A stretch of 64,000 bases of DNA from Roseivirga sp. (GTDB taxonomy: Bacteria; Bacteroidota; Bacteroidia; Cytophagales; Amoebophilaceae): the NCBI GenBank assembly GCA_051016155.1, contig CP136537.1, positions 192,935 through 256,934 on the forward strand, written 5' to 3'. Positions within the stretch are counted from its first letter, which is position 1. Each line of letters begins with the position of its first letter. This document shows, in pieces, positions 49,523 to 55,965 of the stretch. The notes beneath the pieces are model-generated. The model ran no database searches, was not told the DNA's origin, and saw only the letters and a program-made list of their open reading frames with translations. Both the position numbers and the translations under genes were made by a program.

Positions 49523-49963
49523 ATGGCAAATGCTTACTACATCAATAAAACTGATTGTTCGTTTGGTATTAGTTCAACTACGCTATCTCCAGAAGAGATT
49601 TCAAAACAACTAAAGCTTACACCAAGCAGATCGTTTATAAAAGGAGAAAAGTACAAATCCAAGCATTCGGGCTCAATAATTACAAATCTCTGGCACCTTT
49701 GGGAAATTTCATCATCAACTGTTATTAATGAGCAAGAGTCCATACAACCACACATTAATTACTTGAAAACAACACTCGCTGATAAAGTAGACATTCTAAA
49801 ACAGTATAAGGAAAATTTAAGCCTGGAGCTTAGTATATGGATATGGATTGAATCAGAGAATGCAGGTATGGGCTTTGACATCAGTGCCGAAGACATGCAC
49901 TTCATGAGTAAAATATGCAATCGCATCAGTTTCAGCCTACTGGCGACAGAAAATATAGAGTAA
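49523..49963 (+). CDS. immunity-like protein, DUF4279-like (cassette 4)
   Basis: 146 aa. The C-terminal ~88 aa are about 93% identical to ORF 45620-46060, while the N-terminal ~58 aa are only about half identical. Confidence 0.65.
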   Translation: MANAYYINKTDCSFGISSTTLSPEEISKQLKLTPSRSFIKGEKYKSKHSGSIITNLWHLWEISSSTVINEQESIQPHINYLKTTLADKVDILKQYKENLSLELSIWIWIESENAGMGFDISAEDMHFMSKICNRISFSLLATENIE

Positions 49964-50130
49964 AACCCTCATCAACTAGCGCAAGCAAGCCTATAAGGCT
50001 GATTCAAGCGTCCTCGCTTGGACCGCCAATAGCCTCCCTACCACTGCACAGAGTTCTGTGACAATGACGCAGCCCAGCGCTATATCAAAAGTCTCTATGC
50101 GGCCCCAGTTGGGAAGAGGCACATGCCAGG
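49963..50130 (+). repeat. truncated cassette leader, copy C (no toxin body follows)
   Basis: aaaccctcatcaACTAGCGCaagcaagcctataaggctgattcaagcgtcctcgcttggaccgcc...gacaatgacgcagcccagcgctatatcaaaagtctctatgcggccccagttgggaagaggcaca, then unrelated sequence. Confidence 0.8.
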
Positions 50131-50184
50131 GGTACTGCGCTAGGGAGGAGTGACCAGGTAACTTGAGAAATATGTACAGTAAAA

Positions 50185-50619
50185 ATGGAAGTAGAATACG
50201 TCAAGTCATACTGTGAACTAAGAATAGCCTCGCAAGCTTTCTCTCTAGAACAAATTACAAAAGAGTTAGGGCTTACGCCTGATTTCTCCTTTTGTAGTAC
50301 TGATAGCGCCAGATCAAGTCAACAAGAAGAAACGAAGCACAATCTATGGATGATTGTCTCTCCAACTATCATCTCTGAAGAAAGAGACATAACACCACAC
50401 ATCAGCTATATGAGATCGAAATTAAAGAGTAAGAGAAATATACTTTTGAAATACAAAAAAGATCAGAGACTCGAGCTTATTTTCACAGTGCGGATTGAAA
50501 CTGAAGATATAGTTTCAGGATTCAGTTTGAGTAGGGAAGATGTACTCTTTATCAATTCAATCTGTAATCGCTGTGAGCATTTTTATACTTGTAAAGGGGA
50601 TGTCATAACTAAAAAGTAG
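50185..50619 (+). CDS. immunity-like protein, DUF4279-like (immunity-only module, first gene)
   Basis: CELRIASQAFSLEQITKELGLTPDFSF...HNLWMIVS...TPHISYMRSKL...LELIFTVRIE..GFSLSREDVLFINSICNR. Confidence 0.6.
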   Translation: MEVEYVKSYCELRIASQAFSLEQITKELGLTPDFSFCSTDSARSSQQEETKHNLWMIVSPTIISEERDITPHISYMRSKLKSKRNILLKYKKDQRLELIFTVRIETEDIVSGFSLSREDVLFINSICNRCEHFYTCKGDVITKK

Positions 50620-50676
50620 TGCTAAGCTTAAGTGTGGCTTTACACTAAAGAACAAAAAAGCATAAGAGATAATAGG

Positions 50677-51141
50677 ATGTTAAGTGGCTGTATCATCGAT
50701 GAACTAAACTGTGAATTCTCCATTACCTCGCGTATTGTAGCTCCAGAAGAGATCACGAAGCAGCTGGCCGTACAACCAAGTAGGTGTTTTACCAAAGGCG
50801 ATACTTTTCTATCTGAGCACTCAGGCTTGCTAGTTGTACGCCCCTATCATCTTTGGGCTATCACCTCAACAGATGTAATAGAGGATAAAGAAGACCTACG
50901 ACCACACATTGATTACTTAAAATCTAAACTCAGTCAAAAGGACACTATATTGAAGCAGTATAGGGAGGATCATCGGCTTGAGCTTGTTTTCAGTATATGG
51001 ATCAAGGTATTAGGAGAATCTTTAAGTTTTATCTTAGGTGAGCATGAGCTTGCTTTTATTGGCACAATTTGCAACCGATGCGACTATTTTTTTCTTGCCA
51101 AGGAAACAAATGTAGCTAACGACAACGTAGCTCAACATTAG
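50677..51141 (+). CDS. immunity-like protein, DUF4279-like (immunity-only module, second gene)
   Basis: MLSGCIIDELNCEFSITSRIVAPEEITKQLAVQPSRCFTKGD...HLWAITS...RPHIDYLKSKL...LELVFSIWIK. Internal ATG chosen; the ORF track start is GTG 50632. Confidence 0.6.
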   Translation: MLSGCIIDELNCEFSITSRIVAPEEITKQLAVQPSRCFTKGDTFLSEHSGLLVVRPYHLWAITSTDVIEDKEDLRPHIDYLKSKLSQKDTILKQYREDHRLELVFSIWIKVLGESLSFILGEHELAFIGTICNRCDYFFLAKETNVANDNVAQH

Positions 51142-51157
51142 TAAGCCCCGGCTGGCG

Positions 51158-51172
51158 CGGAACTAAGTTCCG
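51158..51172. other. perfect palindrome CGGAACT-A-AGTTCCG at a cassette boundary
   Basis: Read directly, 17 nt after the stop of ORF 50632-51141, within ccccggctggcgcggaactaagttccgtgacc (compare 47115-47145). Confidence 0.6.
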
Positions 51173-51183
51173 TGACCAGTGAG

Positions 51184-51310
51184 GCAAGCCTATAAAGCTG
51201 ATTCAAGCGTCCTCGCTTGGACCGCCAGGCACAGCACAGAGTTCTGTGACAATGACGCAGCCCAGCGCTATATCAAAAGTCTCTATGCGGCCCCAGTTGG
51301 GAAGAGGCAC
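51184..51310 (+). repeat. cassette leader, copy D
   Basis: gcaagcctataaagctgattcaagcgtcctcgcttggaccgccaggcacagcacagagttctgtgacaatgacgcagcccagcgctatatcaaaagtctctatgcggccccagttgggaagaggcaca. It carries the same 1-nt deletion (gacaatgacgc) as copy C. Confidence 0.85.
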
Positions 51311-51468
51311 ATGCCAGGAGTCTTGCGCCAGGTGGGGAGGTTCTCCGAAAAGCAGGCATTACCAATCCCAATATTTGCGTAGACAGTGCAGGCAATATTG
51401 TCCTGACACATCCTGTCACTAAACAACCTATTCCCACTGGGATACCTTTGTCTGAACTTGCTAAGTAA
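51256..51468 (+). pseudogene. short start-less toxin remnant, cassette 6
   Basis: The frame containing SWEEA continues as HARSLAPGGEVLRKAGITNPNICVDSAGNIVLTHPVTKQPIPTGIPLSELAK*. There is no ATG or GTG in frame, and the upstream in-frame stop is TGA at 51253-51255. The ORF-track ORF 51179-51382 is the neighbouring frame. Confidence 0.45.
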
Positions 51469-51513
51469 GCGTTATGCCTGTCACCAAAGCCTTTGCTGCC
51501 TGTGTTTTACTAG

Positions 51514-52328
51514 ACAGTGTCGTCAGGAGAGTCCTAGCCATAAAGCTAGACATCTGATTTGAATAGCGGCCAGAAATGAGCTCCTTCTCTTTGCATAGCG
51601 CGTACATATCCCGCGCCAACGCTTCAGATACAAAAACGTGTTCTCTATCACATGACGTAGTTGATACACTTCTCGGTTGTAACTGCGCGCTACTTTTCTA
51701 TGCTTCCTACTCGGTATTACACATTGTCTATTCTTTGATTTCACCTCTTTGACTACTTGCTCTGTGTCATAGCCCCTATCTGCTATCACTCCCCCTGCAG
51801 GCAAGTCTTTGAGCAGCTCAACACCTTGCTTACAATCTGCTTCGGTACCTGCTGTAATAATGGCTCTGAGCGGCATACCAGACGCATCCACGGCCAAATG
51901 TAGTTTTGTATTGAGCCCCCTTTTGTGCGATTCATCGCCTCATTTCCGCCCACTGCCCCCGTCCCATGGGGATGCACTTTTATATGACTCGCATCGATCA
52001 TCAGCCACGTGTAGTCTGGTTCATCTGACAGTAATTCCAAAAGCTTCTCCCATGTTCGATTATCGCGCCATCGACAAAAGCGTCGGTTCGTATTATTCCA
52101 CTCGCCGTAATGAGGAGGCAAGTCTCGCCATGGGGCTCCCGTTCGTAAGATCCAGAACACGGCGTTAATAAATTTTCTATTGTCTTTAGCTACCCCTCCC
52201 CAAGCGCCAGCTCTTCCAGGCAAATGAGGGGCAAGTTTGTTCCATACTTCATCGGAGATATCGTGTCGTTGATAGGCAGGTTGTTTCAGCATTTTTTGCC
52301 TTAAGATAATATCTTATGTCGACACTGC
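51514..52328 (-). mobile_element. IS5-family insertion sequence (two-ORF, frameshift type), 815 bp, flanked by a CTAG target-site duplication
   Basis: Terminal inverted repeats acagtgtcg (51514-) and cgacactgc (-52328). CTAG is at 51510-51513 and 52329-52332. Removing the IS and one CTAG restores a continuous ORF. Confidence 0.85.
51523..52292 (-). CDS. IS5-family transposase, orfA (51786-52292) and orfB (51523-51897) joined by a -1 frameshift
   Basis: orfA ...FINAVFWILRTGAPWRDLPPHYGEWNNTNRRFCRWR...MIDASHIKVHPHGTG...NRTKGG. In the -1 frame, at the A-AAA-GGG-GG run, it continues LNTKLHLAVDASGMPLRAIITAGTEADC...ADRGYD...RHVIENTFLYLKRWRGICTRYAK. Confidence 0.85.
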
Positions 52329-52332
52329 CTAG

Positions 52333-52739
52333 GAGATGATTTTAGTCCTAAGAAGTTGAGTAAGATAACTGGTTTGAAGTCTGAAGATCCTGTAGAAAAA
52401 GGAGATATTGATGTTCGAGGTCATGAGTGGACCTATGGTGGGGCAATCATTAATCACGCTTCCCATATTAACCAAGAAGGAGAGCATATAGATTTATCCA
52501 CCATGCTCCAGGTGTTACTAGACCATCAAGAGCACTTGAAGACTTGTCAAGTAGAGCGTATCTACTTGACGCTCAACTTCTTTCACACCTCTGACATCTC
52601 AGCATGGCACCTAGACCATGCAGACCTCAAAAAGATTGTAGCGCTGGGCGAATTCTTGGGCTTTGATATTGGTCTGTCGCTGGATTGGTACCAGATGGAT
52701 GGGGAGGAAGAAGAGAGTGAAGCTAAAGAGGACGAATAA
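52333..52739 (+). pseudogene. DUF4279-like immunity gene, 3' part, disrupted by the IS (5' part at 51474-51513)
   Basis: The 5' part atgcctgtcaccaaagcctttgctgcctgtgttttactag joins ga gat gat ttt... to give MPVTKAFAACVLLGDDFSPKKLSKITGLKSEDPVEKGD... The frame was verified codon by codon across the junction. Confidence 0.75.
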
Positions 52740-52745
52740 CCTCAC

Positions 52746-52769
52746 CTAGCGTGAAAGTAACTCCCGTGC
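52746..52769 (+). other. cassette-boundary motif CTAGCGTGAAAGTAACTCCCGTGC (distal end of the array)
   Basis: It starts 7 nt after the stop of the last immunity gene. About 19/24 positions match 45033-45056 and about 21/24 match the reverse complement of 60282-60305. Confidence 0.65.
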
Positions 52770-52943
52770 CAAAGAGCAATACCATACGCCATGGCCAACC
52801 ACTTTGGACTTATAGAGAATAACCGCTAATTTCGGCCCCACAAGCTTGGTTATTAGGAAATCATAGCGCAAACATTAAGTAGTACACGGGTGAACCCCAG
52901 CATATAGTTTATATTAAGGAATCAGGCAGCTATAAAACACATC

Positions 52944-53096
52944 ATGGCAGTTACGAGATTACAGAGAAAGGAGAGAAAAAATAAAACGCGAGCGACGCAG
53001 CGTAAAGTCACCATTAAACGTTTGTTGGCTACGCCTACCATTAAAAAGGGGGCTACAGAAGCATCCCAACAGGCTCCTGCCACGAGCGAAAAATAA
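52944..53096 (+). CDS. small basic protein (50 aa; below the ORF-track cutoff)
   Basis: MAVTRLQRKERKNKTRATQRKVTIKRLLATPTIKKGATEASQQAPATSEK. It resembles small Arg/Lys-rich ORFs I recall in Bacteroidota. Function unknown. Confidence 0.4.
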   Translation: MAVTRLQRKERKNKTRATQRKVTIKRLLATPTIKKGATEASQQAPATSEK

Positions 53097-53306
53097 GTAC
53101 CCGTACATTGACTTCCTCTCTATTGCCTCTGGCCAACTAACGCAGGCGCCTGCAGCAGAAGGCATACAATGCCCTTCCAATGCTACACCCACCCCTCTCT
53201 TTGGTTCACCAACGGTTTTGAAATCTCCCACCATCTTCCAATGACCCAACCATCCAATAAACAAATGTCTTGATAAAAACAGATAGCCCAATAAACAAAT
53301 ATCCTG

Positions 53307-53747
53307 ATGCACCTGTCTATTCCTATTATCAACCACTCCAAGCACCTTTTGCCTGCTTATGCTACGCCTGATGCTAGCGGCATGGACCTGCGGGCCAACA
53401 TTGAGGAAAGTATTACTTTACTGCCTGGACAAAGAACACTCGTGTCAACAGGCCTACACATAGCTTTGCCCAAAGGCTTTGAAGCACAAGTAAGGCCTAG
53501 AAGTGGCTTGGCCTTCAAACATGGGATTACAGTACTGAACAGTCCTGGCACCATTGATGCTGACTATCGGGGAGAGATCAAGGTGCTGCTGATTAATCTT
53601 TCTGAGAAAGAGTTTAAGATTCAAGATGGCGAACGCATTGCGCAGTTGGTCGTAGCAGCCTACACGCCAGTAGAATGGCAACGTGTGGACCAACTCGACG
53701 ACACGCTCCGAGGCCAAGGAGGCTATGGAAGCACAGGTACGGTATGA
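53307..53747 (+). CDS. dut: dUTP diphosphatase
   Basis: [38 protein letters not shown]. Confidence 0.94.
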   Translation: MHLSIPIINHSKHLLPAYATPDASGMDLRANIEESITLLPGQRTLVSTGLHIALPKGFEAQVRPRSGLAFKHGITVLNSPGTIDADYRGEIKVLLINLSEKEFKIQDGERIAQLVVAAYTPVEWQRVDQLDDTLRGQGGYGSTGTV

Positions 53748-53921
53748 GGCCATTGTATGATTAAGTGATTTTGTGGTTGAATGCTTTTGAAGTTACTCTC
53801 CCAACTTGTAAAAGCACTTTTTTAAGCCCTGACAGAGCGTTGGATGTATTTTGCAATGCTCTCAGTGTAAATGAGTAGCAATCTGTGGTGAACGATCAAG
53901 CGATCCAAAACTAGAGGCCAC

Positions 53922-54902
53922 ATGGACCAATATCTCACCTTCATGAACAGAGAAGTGGCCAGCAGTGGAAGGCGCATGGCCATAAAGCTGCAGTTTCTCT
54001 CGCACAGTGAAGAGGCCCGTTTGGAACACAAAGCGCTCTACGAGCTGAATTATGCGTCTAACAAGGCCCAAGTAGAAGCGCTCCTTCGTACTGACCAAGG
54101 AGCAACCTTCGAGAATACAGTGATCCTGAGCGTGGGCTCCTCTTCTACGCAGGCCTATGCCCCCAAGGGCGTTATAGGGCGTTTTCATTTTGGCACCTCC
54201 CAGCTTCCTGACAATCGCATGATGGCGACCCTTGTAGAAAAGCTGCAGCACTTCTTTGCCCACCATGATGTAAAGAGTGTGCTCATCATAGGAAGTGCTG
54301 GCTACTGGATCAAGCAAGAGAGTCTGTCTCATATCAACGTGCTGGACGAACCATCAATGGAAGACCTCGTCAGAGACGAAAAAGGTGCACACGCATTTCT
54401 GCGCCAATTGGGCCCCAAGCTCCGCAGTGTTCAACCTAAGCTCAATGTCTATCTTAAGAACAGAAAGCCTAGAGACAAAAATATCCACCTCTCCTGGCTC
54501 GGTCCGCTAACCCAAGAAATACGTGGGCGTGTCGGTCATGAACAGCATGGTCACTATCTGGTAGACTTTGGCGGTGGGGGCATTGAAGTGCACTGCCTAC
54601 GGTGCGATGCTCAGCCATGGAAGGGGAAAGACCGTTTTTTAAAGAACTACATAGATGCGCAGGGCCAGCCCAAGGACCTTCAGCAAGACTTTGTACAGGC
54701 TGTGACAACGCTTGAACACCGCAAGACGAACTGGATAGTGCAGATGGCCCAAGACCGCATAGTGGAGCTAGCGCTCAGGCACGCCCAAGAAAAGACAATG
54801 CAGGGACCTATTTGCATAGAAGTCTATCAAACAGGACGCTTAAGAGAGGCCTATGAAAAGACTGAAAGCATCGCATTGTTGGACGATTGTGTGATTGAGT
54901 GA
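53922..54902 (+). CDS. hypothetical protein with weak ASKHA (Ppx/GppA or CD39-like) phosphate-binding motifs
   Basis: VILSVGSSSTQAY (compare DxGSxSxR) and YLVDFGGGGIEVH (compare DxGGGSTE), spaced about 160 aa apart. No other family recognised. The C-terminal codons DDCVIE are formed by a GTGATT repeat. Confidence 0.45.
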   Translation: MDQYLTFMNREVASSGRRMAIKLQFLSHSEEARLEHKALYELNYASNKAQVEALLRTDQGATFENTVILSVGSSSTQAYAPKGVIGRFHFGTSQLPDNRMMATLVEKLQHFFAHHDVKSVLIIGSAGYWIKQESLSHINVLDEPSMEDLVRDEKGAHAFLRQLGPKLRSVQPKLNVYLKNRKPRDKNIHLSWLGPLTQEIRGRVGHEQHGHYLVDFGGGGIEVHCLRCDAQPWKGKDRFLKNYIDAQGQPKDLQQDFVQAVTTLEHRKTNWIVQMAQDRIVELALRHAQEKTMQGPICIEVYQTGRLREAYEKTESIALLDDCVIE

Positions 54903-55026
54903 TTTTAAAGGCTTTCTCTAGGTTTGTAGAGGCGTGCTTTAAGTGTTGCTAAAATACTGGGTGTATTTTGTAGCAGTCTCGCCTTGATAACGTATCACAT
55001 GAACTTGATTAGCCGTCAAGACTCCC

Positions 55027-55206
55027 CTAATCTCCTTTGTTCTTTGGGGGTTTTGCATCCTGAAATCCATGACTGGGCAACTGTACGTTGGACTGTGCGT
55101 GAATCTTCCCAATGAGTTCATATACTTCTCGAAAGGGACGTTCAGACAAGGACTTGATGATAATGTTTACTTCTTGGACATCTAGGTCGAGATTGATTTT
55201 GGTCAT
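55027..55206 (-). CDS. small ORF (59 aa) downstream of the fibre-like gene
   Basis: Hand translation gives MTKINLDLDVQEVNIIIKSLSERPFREVYELIGKIHAQSNVQLPSHGFQDAKPPKNKGD. It is on the same strand, 40 nt after ORF 55246-55965. The ORF-track ORF 54939-55121 is a different frame. Confidence 0.4.
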   Translation of the reverse strand: MTKINLDLDVQEVNIIIKSLSERPFREVYELIGKIHAQSNVQLPSHGFQDAKPPKNKGD

Positions 55207-55245
55207 TGTCGTTGATTATTCTAGAATGGTTTTTGAGAGCGTTGT

Positions 55246-55965
55246 TTACTCGTCTTCCCACCAAAGATTGGTAACGTAGTACTTGATCATACTTGCATCT
55301 CCATAGTCGCGTCTGGTTCGTATCTGCAAGTAATAGTCAAAAGTACTTCCAGCCCACCTGAGGTCAAGCTTGTTTCGGTAGCTGCCATAATGCGCTTCCG
55401 TTTTTCTGATGGTATTGCTTGAGTTGCCGAATGCACTCAGTGCAATGGCGTGTATGATCGAGTACAAGCCTCTGCCTGGCTTACCAATCTGGGCCACGAC
55501 TTCAAATGCATGACAGTGACTTAGCTGAGGAGTTATGTTGTGCCATTCTTTGTTGCCAGGGACTTCTCCAGAGGCATACAGCCCTCTGCGGCCCTGCATG
55601 TGAATATTGCCAGCAACCTCCAGCTTGGCCGTAGGGTTGATGGTGCCAATGCCCACGTTCCCATCTTCTTTGATAAACAGCCGACTCTCTCCTCCTTGAT
55701 CCACCAGGTTCAAGCCAAAATCAGGGGTATCTTTAGGATATTGTTCAATGCCCCACTTAGGCTTAAGATCACTCAGGCTATTGAAAAAGGTGACCATCTT
55801 CTTGGCACTCCCTTTGGGGGATAGCTTGAGCCCCTCCTCCTGAGAAATGAGCCCATCGTCTTGTTTGTGATACAGAGAATCAACCAAGTCCTCAAAATCT
55901 TGCTGCGAAGGAATAGCTCCTTTTTCAAAGGCTTTTTTGAGCTGATTTCTGCTAACTATCGCCAT
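55246..55965 (-). CDS. tail-fibre/receptor-binding-like protein of a contractile injection system
   Basis: N-terminal L.KAFEKGAIPSQQDFEDLVDSL motif and DGNVGIGTINPTAKLEVAGNIHM, both typical (from memory) of short fibre proteins in eCIS and phage loci. Its start overlaps the upstream baseplate gene by 14 nt. Confidence 0.55.
   Translation of the reverse strand: MAIVSRNQLKKAFEKGAIPSQQDFEDLVDSLYHKQDDGLISQEEGLKLSPKGSAKKMVTFFNSLSDLKPKWGIEQYPKDTPDFGLNLVDQGGESRLFIKEDGNVGIGTINPTAKLEVAGNIHMQGRRGLYASGEVPGNKEWHNITPQLSHCHAFEVVAQIGKPGRGLYSIIHAIALSAFGNSSNTIRKTEAHYGSYRNKLDLRWAGSTFDYYLQIRTRRDYGDASMIKYYVTNLWWEDE

Noticed and set aside
51179-51382. A 67-aa ORF (…DNDAAQRYIKSLYAAPVGKRHMPGVLRQ…) as the coding frame of leader copy D.
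   Set aside because: This frame is open only because of the 1-nt deletion shared by copies C and D. In copies A and B the same DNA is read in the neighbouring frame, which continues into the pre-toxin region. It is kept as an observation under the leader finding, not as a gene.
45067-51468. The cassette array as an integron.
   Set aside because: No intI integrase or attI is present in the window, and the boundary palindromes do not match the attC R''/L''-L'/R' (GTTRRRY) organisation. The resemblance is only conceptual.
52959-53345. A 128-aa minus-strand ORF between the toxin array and dut.
   Set aside because: It overlaps the dut start and the plus-strand small basic ORF. It has no recognisable motif and an odd composition, so it is likely spurious.
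54939-55121. The 60-aa minus-strand ORF listed in the track.
   Set aside because: A different frame over the same region gives a 59-aa ORF (55027-55206) with an ATG start, better spacing after the fibre-like gene and a more protein-like sequence. Neither is strongly supported.
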